Source: Dehalococcoidia bacterium (lineage in GTDB: Bacteria; Chloroflexota; Dehalococcoidia; Lucifugimonadales; Australimonadaceae). Taken from it: DNA of 64,000 nt. The stretch lies in contig CBDCOP010000007.1 in the NCBI GenBank assembly GCA_965219845.1, positions 335,640 through 399,639 of the forward strand, written 5' to 3'. How positions within the stretch are numbered: the first letter of the stretch is position 1; every line of letters starts with the position of its first letter. Position numbers and translations under genes: made by a program. Under the pieces are notes generated by a model that worked only from the letters and a program-made list of their open reading frames with translations, made no database searches and was not told where the DNA came from. Below are positions 19,374 to 28,216 of this stretch, in pieces.

Positions 19374-19442
19374 GGGCCGCAGTCTATCAGCGCGGGTGGG
19401 ATTGGGTTGCGTGGGGAGACGGCTCCAACTCGACCAGCGAGT

Positions 19443-20312
19443 TCACCCGGTTAGCTTCGACCGTAGGCCTTGCTCGAATTCGGCCAACGTAACCGGATAG
19501 CCACCCGTCAGCCCATCGGTAGCCCTCTCAAGCGTCGTGATATGGACACTGTCCCGGATGAGCTTAAAGCGCTTGGCTGTGTAATCTTCTTCGAGGTCTA
19601 CGATGAACCACGCTATGTCCCCATTGGAAAGATCTCCAACCTCTTCCATATGCCCAAGGGGCTCAAAGAAGTGTTTATCAACTACTACTGCCATCTTCTT
19701 GCCCCATCGACGAAGCGTGGGCACTTTTATTTGCAGTTGGGGCATTAGGCGTTTCGGTCCGCTACTCCGATAGTCGGGCCGCCGTGTCTTACTTGGGAAG
19801 GGAGGCTGTTCCCCCTGGAAGCCCGAGATACTGCGGAACTCTTCAGTCATACTTGGCCCAGAGAAGTAGACGGCTTGAATCTCCAGAGCGCACCAATTGA
19901 GCGTTGCCGTATCCGTCTCCTGTTTCGCAAGAACCATGTCTATCCGCCCAACATGTGCGTTCCCATCCTCTGCCCTCAGAAAACTAATCTCGGTGGCTAC
20001 GTCGGGTGTCGGAGTGCCTAAGATGGTCTCGCCTACCCACCGAAAGATCGTCATGTCTTCTTCAAATCGCCGCGGGCAAAGAATCGTCAACCCGCCCTCA
20101 GCACCTGCTACAGGGAGAGCCACCCCACCACCATCCTCATATAACCTGAATGAACAGACGCCACCTGCCTTCGTGCATTTTCCCCCTCCGGTGCGAAAGG
20201 GGCATTGGTAAGAACCAGTTCCTGCCGCGTACTTGCGCCGTTCGTCCCGAGTCAATCCGGTGAAGGACTGTCCGTACCATTCCCCAATCCCAAAGCGCTG
20301 GTTGGGAGTCAT
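19443..20312 (-). CDS. Putative type II restriction endonuclease, NotI-like family
   Basis: 289 aa, with a 4-nt ATGA overlap with the upstream methylase gene. The N-terminal Cys cluster (QCPF...GKCTKAGGVCS...LCPRRF) and the ALEIQAVYFSG block resemble NotI-type enzymes as I remember them. Region GC is clearly lower than the flanks. Confidence 0.55.
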   Translation of the reverse strand: MTPNQRFGIGEWYGQSFTGLTRDERRKYAAGTGSYQCPFRTGGGKCTKAGGVCSFRLYEDGGGVALPVAGAEGGLTILCPRRFEEDMTIFRWVGETILGTPTPDVATEISFLRAEDGNAHVGRIDMVLAKQETDTATLNWCALEIQAVYFSGPSMTEEFRSISGFQGEQPPFPSKTRRPDYRSSGPKRLMPQLQIKVPTLRRWGKKMAVVVDKHFFEPLGHMEEVGDLSNGDIAWFIVDLEEDYTAKRFKLIRDSVHITTLERATDGLTGGYPVTLAEFEQGLRSKLTG

Positions 20313-21385
20313 GGTGTCAACTCGTGCGATGTGATGAGTAACTCGTACATCACTGCATGGTGCGTATTCTTCATCGGAACCCTAGCAAGGTGAAATCCTT
20401 GGCTGCGCGCCATCTCTATAACATCAGGGCTCTCGTCATAAGTCATCATGAAGACACCCTTGACCCGTGACATCCGCTCAAACAGGTCTTCGTGGTCAAT
20501 CTCGTTATATGTATACAGGCGCCTTCCCGCCCGTTTGCCGGCTGCGGTGTAAGGAGGATCGATGAAGAACGCCGCCGATCTGCCATCCTTCCCTAGCTCC
20601 AAGAGGCTCACGCCATCCCCTTGAAAGAAGTCAAACTGCTTCGCGTACCTTCCGATGGTACGAATGCGTCTAGCAAGCGTCTCGGCGTACCAGCGGGAGG
20701 AGATTCCATTGCCATTCTCTCCCCACTTCATCACCGAGGCCCCCTTCGCCATGATGCCGCCACGGCTAACCCTATTCCGCAGCAGGGTTCGAAATGCGGC
20801 ATCCATACCGAGCGCTCCATCATCCGCGAACACGGTGCTCACGTTCTCCGGAGTCGCTACGAAACTCTCGACCCGTCGAGCCAATTCCTCTGAATCGTGC
20901 AGCATGCATCGCCATAGGTTAGACACATCCGGGTCCCTCTCGCAAAGCACTGCACGATCCACATAGCCGTCCATGACCGCAGTGAGGGATGCGATTCCGC
21001 CACCGGCGAAGGGTTCGACGAATACCTCTGGACGAAAGTCGAGCCCTGCCAGATATTTCCGAATCTCCGGCACGAGCCATGTCTTGCCTCCCGGGTAGCG
21101 CAAAGGACTCCGCTGCGGGACCGACGCAACATTGACTGCCCTGTCGGATAGCACGGCAATCCCTTGCGCGAAGTCCCCCTCAGGGCAGCCGTTAGCCTCC
21201 TTATCCCAAAGGCCTGGGGCGCCGGTTGGCAGCAACGACTCGCTGCTTTTGCTGACTGTGGGCTTGTCCATTCGGGTTACTGTCATCGACGATGTCCCTC
21301 TATAGCTGTTCAGTGGCATTTGACCACTGCCGAGGCCATGTTTGCTAGCCCCTCCTGTCATCGGGAGGCATGATGCTTGGTTCAA
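20309..21385 (-). CDS. Dam-like (D12 class) N6-adenine DNA methyltransferase
   Basis: Motifs RYPGGK, EPFAGGG (SAM binding) and FFIDPPY (catalytic DPPY). Start uncertain (internal ATGs at residues 34 and 39). Lower GC. Confidence 0.85.
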   Translation of the reverse strand: MNQASCLPMTGGASKHGLGSGQMPLNSYRGTSSMTVTRMDKPTVSKSSESLLPTGAPGLWDKEANGCPEGDFAQGIAVLSDRAVNVASVPQRSPLRYPGGKTWLVPEIRKYLAGLDFRPEVFVEPFAGGGIASLTAVMDGYVDRAVLCERDPDVSNLWRCMLHDSEELARRVESFVATPENVSTVFADDGALGMDAAFRTLLRNRVSRGGIMAKGASVMKWGENGNGISSRWYAETLARRIRTIGRYAKQFDFFQGDGVSLLELGKDGRSAAFFIDPPYTAAGKRAGRRLYTYNEIDHEDLFERMSRVKGVFMMTYDESPDVIEMARSQGFHLARVPMKNTHHAVMYELLITSHELTP

Positions 21386-21403
21386 ATGTTCACCGACTGA
21401 ACC

Positions 21404-23695
21404 CTACTCTCCCCTCCCCAACAGCCCCCGCAGCAGGTCCGCCGCGACGCGCTTGTCCAGCGGGTAGTTGTTGTTCCCGCACTTGGGCGATTGTATGCAC
21501 GACGGGCAACCGTCCGTGCACGCGCACTCGGCCACCGCGCCAAGCGTCGCGTCCAGCAGCTCCTCGATCACGGCGTAGGCGTGCTCCGCGATGCCAACGC
21601 CGCCTGGATGGCCGTCGTAGATGAACACCTGCGGCTCGCCGGTGTCCGGGTGCAGCGCCGTGGAGACGCCGCCGATGTCGTTCCGGTCGCAGAGCGCGAA
21701 CAGCGGCAGCACGCCGATGGCGGCGTGCTCCATCGCGTGCAGGCCACCCGGCAGGTCGACGCGCTCCTTCCGCGCGCGGTCGTGCAGTTCCGGCGGCAGG
21801 TCGAACCAGACGGCGGCGGTCGAGAATGCGCGCGCGGGCAGCTGCAGCGCTGTCTCGCCCAAGCTGTCGCCGCGCCGCTGCGCGCCGTCGTAGAGCGGAC
21901 GCTTGCGGTAGCCGATCACGTGCCGCGAGACATCCACGTCGCCGAAGCAGACCGTCGCGCCGTTCAGCGTCTTCGTCGCGCGCGTCTCCGCGATGCGTAT
22001 GTCGGTCAGCTCGTGCACGTCGGTGTAGTACGCGGGCTCGCCGCGCGAGAGCCAGGCGACGTGAGCGTCGAGGTCGAGGTCCTCAACGACGTACGACTCG
22101 CCGAGGTGGAGGTAGACCGCGCCGGGGTGCAGTTGGCTGAACGCGGAGTACTCGTCCACGTGCTCCATGACGCGGCCCGACCGCGCCTCGACGACCGCGT
22201 AGTCCACGTGCGACGTGGAACGTATGTTGACCTCGCCTGCGGGGTAATCGACCGTCGGCGCGATGAACCAGCGCCCGTTGTGCTCCTGCAACGCGCCCTC
22301 GCTGGCGAGCGCGGCCACCTGCGACTCGAAACCGTTGCCGAAGAGCGCGCCCTCCTCCGGCGCCAGCGGCATCTCGTACGCGGCGGCCTCCAGGTGCGGA
22401 CCGAGCACGTACGGGTTGTCCGGCCGTACGCGTGCGTGCTCGTGCGAGCGTCCGAAAACGAAGTCCGGGTGGCGCATGAGGTACTGGTCGAGCGGGTCGT
22501 CGCGGGCGACGAGGATGCTCAGCGCGCCCTCGTTCGTGCGTCCGCTGCGCCCCGCCTGCTGCCAGGTGCTCGCGACACTCCCCGGGTAGCCGGTGAGGAC
22601 GGTCGTATCCAGCCCGCCGATGTCGATGCCGAGCTCCAGCGCATTCGTCGCGACAACGCCCATCAGATCGCCGTTGAGCATCCCCTGCTCCACCGCGCGG
22701 CGCTCCTCCGGCAGGTACGAGCCGCGGTAGGGGCGAACGCGCTCCGCCAGTTCGGCGTCGTCGCGGGCGAGGCGTCTGCGGACGTCCATGCAGACGACCT
22801 CCGCCTGCCGCCGCGTGCGGACGAACACGAGCGTCCGCGCCTCCCGCTTCACGAGCATCTCCAGCAGCGCAGACGACGTGCTGCCCGCCCGGATACGTAT
22901 CCCCTCCGGGTCGACCGGCGGGTTCCAGAAGACGAAGTGCTTCGCCCCGTGGGGCGCGCCGTCTTCCTCGATCACCTCCACGGGTTTGCCGGTCAGGCGC
23001 TCCGCAAGTTCGCCGGGATTGGCGATGGTGGCCGAGCAGAGGATGAAGATGGGGTCGCTGCCGTAGTGCGCGCACAGCCTGCGGAGCCGCCGCAGCACGT
23101 TGGCGACGTGCGAGCCGAACACGCCCCGGTAGACGTGCATCTCGTCGATCACGATGTAGCGCAGCGACTGCCATAGCCGAGCCCACGTGCGGTGGTGCGG
23201 CAGCATGCCCACGTGCAGCATGTCCGGGTTCGTGAAGACAGCCTGCGCCGAGCGGCGCACCGCGCTCCGCTCGCCGGTTGGCGTGTCGCCGTCGAATATC
23301 GCGACGCGAGCCGCCAGTTTCGTCGGCAGAAGGCTGCGCAATCCGCGCAGCTGGTCCTGCGTGAGCGCCTTGGTGGGGAACAGGTAGAGCGCGCGGGCCG
23401 ACGGGTCGGTCAGCATCGCCTGCGCGACCGGCACGTGGTAGCAGAGGCTCTTGCCGCTCGCGGTGGGGGTGGAGAGCGCCACGTCACGCCCGCTCAGCGC
23501 CGCGTCGACGGCCCGCGCCTGGTGCGAGTAGAGCGGGAGCAGGCCGCGTTCATCGAGCGCCGCCTCGAGACGGGGGTCGAGCGCCTGCGCGAGTTCGCCG
23601 TGCGCCGCCTCCCGCTCCGCCATCTCCTGCACGTGCTCGACCTCTCCGGCGAGGCTGCCGGTGCGCAGGTGCTCGACGAACCGCGCCGCGTCCAC
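21404..23695 (-). CDS. DEXH-box helicase with C-terminal DUF1998 zinc module (MrfA/YprA-like)
   Basis: Helicase motif I TPTASGKS, motif II VIDEMH, motif VI QQAGRSGR. C-terminal Cys cluster CACTDGCPSCIQSPKCGNNN, typical of DUF1998. Confidence 0.85.
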   Translation of the reverse strand: MDAARFVEHLRTGSLAGEVEHVQEMAEREAAHGELAQALDPRLEAALDERGLLPLYSHQARAVDAALSGRDVALSTPTASGKSLCYHVPVAQAMLTDPSARALYLFPTKALTQDQLRGLRSLLPTKLAARVAIFDGDTPTGERSAVRRSAQAVFTNPDMLHVGMLPHHRTWARLWQSLRYIVIDEMHVYRGVFGSHVANVLRRLRRLCAHYGSDPIFILCSATIANPGELAERLTGKPVEVIEEDGAPHGAKHFVFWNPPVDPEGIRIRAGSTSSALLEMLVKREARTLVFVRTRRQAEVVCMDVRRRLARDDAELAERVRPYRGSYLPEERRAVEQGMLNGDLMGVVATNALELGIDIGGLDTTVLTGYPGSVASTWQQAGRSGRTNEGALSILVARDDPLDQYLMRHPDFVFGRSHEHARVRPDNPYVLGPHLEAAAYEMPLAPEEGALFGNGFESQVAALASEGALQEHNGRWFIAPTVDYPAGEVNIRSTSHVDYAVVEARSGRVMEHVDEYSAFSQLHPGAVYLHLGESYVVEDLDLDAHVAWLSRGEPAYYTDVHELTDIRIAETRATKTLNGATVCFGDVDVSRHVIGYRKRPLYDGAQRRGDSLGETALQLPARAFSTAAVWFDLPPELHDRARKERVDLPGGLHAMEHAAIGVLPLFALCDRNDIGGVSTALHPDTGEPQVFIYDGHPGGVGIAEHAYAVIEELLDATLGAVAECACTDGCPSCIQSPKCGNNNYPLDKRVAADLLRGLLGRGE

Positions 23696-23698
23696 CGC

Positions 23699-23992
23699 TC
23701 AGTCCTCGACCGCGACGCCGCGTTCGACGTCGACGAGCTCGGCTTCGGAGCGGTGGTTGTCGGCGAATGCGACGGCCTTGTCCAGCATCTCCTCGGCGTG
23801 GGAGTACTCGTTGCTGACGCAGGCGATGCCGATGATGAGGCGCTGGTGCTCGTCCATCGCGCCGACCTCGGCGGCGGCGAGGTTGAACCGCTGGCGGAAG
23901 CGCTCGATGAGCGAGCGCGAGACCTGTCGCTTGCCCTTGAGCGAGTCGTTGCCGTGCAACCGGAAGGTGAGGCGGCAGGAGCCGATGTACAA
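23699..23992 (-). CDS. DUF503 family protein
   Basis: YIGSCRLTFRLHGNDSLKGKRQVSRSLIERFRQRFNLAAAEV... matches the DUF503 pattern. TTG start at 23992 is proposed, as the longer ORF has an implausible N-terminus. Confidence 0.55.
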   Translation of the reverse strand: MYIGSCRLTFRLHGNDSLKGKRQVSRSLIERFRQRFNLAAAEVGAMDEHQRLIIGIACVSNEYSHAEEMLDKAVAFADNHRSEAELVDVERGVAVED

Positions 23993-24162
23993 GGGACTGC
24001 ACCCCGCGGAAGGAGGATGCCAGTCACTATAGCACGCGCCATGACGGGCGCCAGTGGCGGGTGACGCATCGTCCTCGCCTACCCAGGAATGGCACCCCGT
24101 TGGCTTTGCTGCTAACTTGCAGCCCACTGACCGGGGGGCGAGGCCGCTCCGAAGGAGGCGCT

Positions 24163-25377
24163 ATGGCGACGCAGACGCAGGAGATCCGCAACATGCGGCT
24201 CATCTCCCACCACGACCTCAACGGCTTCGGCAACATCGGCGAGGGCGTCCACCTCCATGTAAACCGGGATGGCCGGCGCATCCTCTACCTGGCCCACGAG
24301 AGCGCGCCCAAGGACATCACCAGCGTCGACGTCACGGACGTCGCCAACCCTCGTGTGGTATCGCAGACGGAGCTCGCCTACCCGCACCTGCGCTCCAACT
24401 CGCTGGCCATCGTGGACGACGTGATGCTCGTGGCCTACCAGTCGCAGCAGCCGGGACAGCCGGGGACAGGGATGGGCGTCTACGACATCAGCAACGCGGA
24501 GGAGCCCCGGCGCATCGGCTTCATGGACCTGGGAAGTCCCTACTCGCGCGGCTGCCACTGCCTCTGGTGGGTGGACGGGGAGTACGCCCATCTCTCCACC
24601 GGCGCAGCCGACTTCCAACCGCGCGACCAGAAGGACGACCAGTTCTACATGATCGTGGACGTGCGGGACCCCGCCAATCCGGTGGAGGCCGGACGCTGGT
24701 GGGTCCCCGGCGCCCGCGAAGGGGACGACGCGCCCCCATTGCCGCGGCACCCCCGGTTCGACTCCGGCCACCGGCTGCACAACGCCAACGTTTACCCCCA
24801 GCGCCCCGACCGGGCCTACTGCGGTTACCTGGACTCCGGTGTGTTCATCCTGGATATCTCCGACAAGGCAGCCCCCTCGGTCGTCGGCAGCATCAACGTC
24901 GCGCCTCCCTTCCCGGGGTTCTGCCACACGGTGCTGCCCCTGTTCAGCCGCGACCTGATGGTGGTGACCCACGAGGCGGTGCGGGAGAAGGGCGAGGACC
25001 ATCCCAAGCTGATCTGGATGATGGACATTCGGGAGGAGACCAACCCAGTCATCATCAGCACGTTCCCGATGCCGGACACCGGCGACTTCTTCAACCGCGG
25101 CGGACGGTTCGGCGCGCACAACATCCACGAGAACCAGCCCGGCCCCACATGCTCCCGGTCCGACGCGCTGATCTTCGGCACCTTCTTCAACGGGGGCGTC
25201 AGGGTGTTCGACACGAGCGACCCCTTCAGGCCGGAGGAAGTGGCCTACTTCGTGCCGCCCGTCCCTGAAGGCGCGCCGTCCAACGGCATCAACGACGTCT
25301 ACGTGGACGAGAACGGCATCATGTACGTGGTGGACCGGCTGAAGGGCGGGCTCTACATCCTGCAGCTGACGCTCTAG
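24163..25377 (+). CDS. LVIVD-repeat beta-propeller protein
   Basis: Repeated hydrophobic-D motifs (LAIVDDVMLVAY, GVYDIS, FILDISD, GLYILQL) typical of LVIVD repeats. GAAGGAGG before the ATG at 24163. Confidence 0.6.
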   Translation: MATQTQEIRNMRLISHHDLNGFGNIGEGVHLHVNRDGRRILYLAHESAPKDITSVDVTDVANPRVVSQTELAYPHLRSNSLAIVDDVMLVAYQSQQPGQPGTGMGVYDISNAEEPRRIGFMDLGSPYSRGCHCLWWVDGEYAHLSTGAADFQPRDQKDDQFYMIVDVRDPANPVEAGRWWVPGAREGDDAPPLPRHPRFDSGHRLHNANVYPQRPDRAYCGYLDSGVFILDISDKAAPSVVGSINVAPPFPGFCHTVLPLFSRDLMVVTHEAVREKGEDHPKLIWMMDIREETNPVIISTFPMPDTGDFFNRGGRFGAHNIHENQPGPTCSRSDALIFGTFFNGGVRVFDTSDPFRPEEVAYFVPPVPEGAPSNGINDVYVDENGIMYVVDRLKGGLYILQLTL

Positions 25378-25402
25378 CAGCGCGATCTTTCGAGGTACGA
25401 AA

Positions 25403-25431
25403 GGGGCTGGAAGTCTGTGCCCTCCAGCCCC
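25403..25431. terminator. Hairpin between convergent genes
   Basis: GGGGCTGGA (25403-25411) pairs with TCCAGCCCC (25423-25431), with an 11-nt loop. Confidence 0.4.
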
Positions 25432-25456
25432 TGCATCCTGAGATGTCGTTGAGACC

Positions 25457-26419
25457 CTAGCTGCCTGCCGCCGCAGGCGTTGCGACCGGAGGCCAGTACG
25501 CCCAGCCCAGCCCGGTTACCGCGTGGTTCGCGGGGATGTAGTCCACCACGGTTGCACTGCTTCCCACCTGTTCCATGGCGCCTGCCACCGTGATCCAGGC
25601 CCGTATCTCGCCCGTTCCGCCCCGCATGGTCATCGAGTCGAACCGGTAGAGGGCCGTCGTGTCCTGTCCGCGCCCGGCCTCAATCTGGCCGAGGAACCAA
25701 CGGTCCAGCGGCGCGTCCACCCAGCCGGAGCGGGGCCCTCCGGGGTCGTGGGAGAGTCCGCCGGAGCCGTAGATCGCTATCTTCCGGGGGTCGCGCGCGA
25801 ATATGCGGGCGAGCGCCTTGCCCAGCTCGTAGCAGCGGGAAGCCGAGAGCGACGGCGGGTCGTAGGTGTTCTCGTAGAAGAGGACGACGGGGATGTTGAA
25901 GTTGGGGTTCAGGAGCGGCATGGGACGGGCGAACGCATGGGGTAGCCCGCGCTCGGGACGGCCCAGTGCATCCTGCTCGCCGCTGATGGCTATGTCGAAC
26001 CCCTCTTCACGCACGAGACGGTCAAGGAGCCATTCGGAGGTCTCGACGTCGACCTTCAACCGGACGATATCGGCCTCGGAAGGTTGCTCGCCTGCGATGC
26101 CATTGTTGTTGTGGCCCCAGGCGATGTCACCGGTGTAGATCATGAGGTTCGGAACATTGCTGCGGTCGAACATCTCGGACTGGTCGCCGCCGATGATGAT
26201 GAGCAACTCGGTCCCGTATTCCTCGATCTCCCGCTTCAACGTGTCGAACGAGCTGTTGATCCGCTCCACGTAGTCGGTAATGACTTCAGGCGTCTCTTCG
26301 GAAGCCTCCGGCGGCTGAGGAACGGTGCGCGTCAGCCGCTGATAGATCGACGGCCACACTTCTACAGGTGCAACCAGAGAAGGCGCGTGTGACGATGCCA
26401 GACCCAGTCCGATAGGCAT
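25457..26419 (-). CDS. Class III extradiol ring-cleavage dioxygenase (LigB family)
   Basis: 320 aa. N-terminal GLASSHAP, and a central GSGGLSHDPGGPRSGW... block typical of LigB/protocatechuate 4,5-dioxygenase-type subunit B. Paralog of 36261..37196. Confidence 0.75.
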   Translation of the reverse strand: MPIGLGLASSHAPSLVAPVEVWPSIYQRLTRTVPQPPEASEETPEVITDYVERINSSFDTLKREIEEYGTELLIIIGGDQSEMFDRSNVPNLMIYTGDIAWGHNNNGIAGEQPSEADIVRLKVDVETSEWLLDRLVREEGFDIAISGEQDALGRPERGLPHAFARPMPLLNPNFNIPVVLFYENTYDPPSLSASRCYELGKALARIFARDPRKIAIYGSGGLSHDPGGPRSGWVDAPLDRWFLGQIEAGRGQDTTALYRFDSMTMRGGTGEIRAWITVAGAMEQVGSSATVVDYIPANHAVTGLGWAYWPPVATPAAAGS

Positions 26420-26655
26420 TCCAGCCTCCTTCCCGCCGGATAACCTCCGCGCGTGCTAACTGGCTATGGGACGTGACGAGTATAGCACCGGCGCATGATC
26501 GCGCACAGGACCGCCGGTCAAGGGTTCACAGCGAACAAACAGTCAAGATTGACCGTTTCCAACGGTAATGTTACTGTGCGGTTACGAGAAACATACAGCC
26601 AGACGAGCGGCAAGCGTCAGCGCTTGGACCATCGGAAGGGAGCGGAGGTGATTCG

Positions 26656-28047
26656 ATGGCAACCCTGGTGCAGGAAGGCGCGGTAAGGCGACAAGGCAGC
26701 GAAGGCTCGCGGCCCAGATACGACTCCAAGGTCTATGACGAAGCCGTACTGGGATTCAAGAACTACTGGTACCCGATCTTCTCCTCCAGGTCCGTCGGCA
26801 GGAAGCCCGTCGGCATCACGGTCATGGGCGAGGGGATCGTCCTCATGCGAACGCCCAGGGGTGTCGCAAGAGCGCTGTCCGACGAGTGTGCGCACCGAGG
26901 TACGATACTGTCGATCGGCGAGGGCTGCCTCATCAAGGGTTCGGACACCATCACCTGCCCCTACCACGGCTGGACGTACGACCTGAACAACGGCATGTGC
27001 GTTGCAGTCCTTCCCGAGGGCCCCAGGAGCGAAGTCCCTGGCAAGATCAGGATCCGTTCCTATCCCGTGGAGGAGCGCAAGGGCATCATCTGGGTCTGGA
27101 TGGGCAAGGGCGCCCCCGTCCCGATCGAAGAAGACATCCCGAACCTCATGCAGCGGGACGACGCGATCGTCAAGTTCCGGCCGAGAGTGCAATACGGCAA
27201 CTGGCGGTGGCACAGCGAGAACACCGCTGGAGGCCACGCCCAGATGATCCACAAGAGTTCGTTCCGAGTCTGGCTCACGAGGCCGCGGCCCATGAACCTC
27301 CCGTCGCAGCCCCACGTCACCCATGACGTCGATGGCACTGGCGTCGACAACGGCTTCATCCCTCGCGGCAAGCCCCTGCCGGGCGAGCCAAAGCCCCCCA
27401 TACCGCCCATGTACACGGAGTATCCGGGGCTGGGGACCTGGAGCCCCCAGCCGAAGTGGCGGCAGATACTGCTATGGCCGTGGCTGAGACGGTTCCGCAA
27501 GAGCCTCGGCTCCGACGTGCACGGGGTCAGCAAGATGATGATGATGTTGCCCGGCGTCTTCAGGGTCCCGAACTTCCCGAGCGCCAGCAACATCTACTAC
27601 GAGTGGTACGTGCCCGTCGATGAGGACCACTACCTCTACGCACAGGTCTCGTGTCTGTGGGGCTCCAACCCGCTCCAGAGACTGTGGAAGAACGTGTGGT
27701 ACTACGTCTGGGGAAAGCCGACGGGACTGGTCCAGTTCAACAATCAGGACCTTACGTTCACCCGTCAGACGACCAACTACACGAAGCGGCACGGTATCGC
27801 CTCGTACCCGCACACGAAGCTCAGCCGGAACGACGACTTCCACCGAACGTGGCGTCAGTTCGCCTCAGAGTTCGCGCGCGGCGAGGGTTACGCCTACCAG
27901 GACGGCTACATCCCCGCGGAATCCCCGTTGCTGGGCATGGTGCCCCAGCTTCCCTGGATGGAGGATGCGGTAGCTGAAACCGAAGACGAGAAGGAGTCGA
28001 CAGAACTTCGTCAAACTGAAACTGTTCCGGCAGGCGGGTCTGACTAG
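26656..28047 (+). CDS. Rieske [2Fe-2S] oxygenase
   Basis: Rieske motif CAHRGTILS...CPYHGW. Paralog of 28217..29431 (shared YWYP, RSYPVEERKGI.WVW, YGNWRWH). Confidence 0.85.
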   Translation: MATLVQEGAVRRQGSEGSRPRYDSKVYDEAVLGFKNYWYPIFSSRSVGRKPVGITVMGEGIVLMRTPRGVARALSDECAHRGTILSIGEGCLIKGSDTITCPYHGWTYDLNNGMCVAVLPEGPRSEVPGKIRIRSYPVEERKGIIWVWMGKGAPVPIEEDIPNLMQRDDAIVKFRPRVQYGNWRWHSENTAGGHAQMIHKSSFRVWLTRPRPMNLPSQPHVTHDVDGTGVDNGFIPRGKPLPGEPKPPIPPMYTEYPGLGTWSPQPKWRQILLWPWLRRFRKSLGSDVHGVSKMMMMLPGVFRVPNFPSASNIYYEWYVPVDEDHYLYAQVSCLWGSNPLQRLWKNVWYYVWGKPTGLVQFNNQDLTFTRQTTNYTKRHGIASYPHTKLSRNDDFHRTWRQFASEFARGEGYAYQDGYIPAESPLLGMVPQLPWMEDAVAETEDEKESTELRQTETVPAGGSD

Positions 28048-28216
28048 GGCTTCCATCCGGCGCAGTCCATGCACACCAACCGTAACCCTGGGGGCACGGT
28101 TTCCGTTGATTCCTGCGTGTTCTTCCCCCATAATCCGAGACGTCGGTTCGGAGCAGGAGGGTGTTCGGTAGCTGTCGCTGAGATGTGCGGCGGCGAGTCG
28201 TAAAGAGAGGGTTGTC

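Noticed and set aside
19443-23695. Calling the helicase-DUF1998 plus methylase plus nuclease block a bona fide DISARM system.
   Set aside because: SNF2 and PLD components are absent. The helicase-DUF1998 fusion of ~760 aa matches the common MrfA/YprA-type repair helicase. Its GC content is native, whereas the R-M genes are clearly foreign. It is kept only as a low-confidence hypothesis in the findings.
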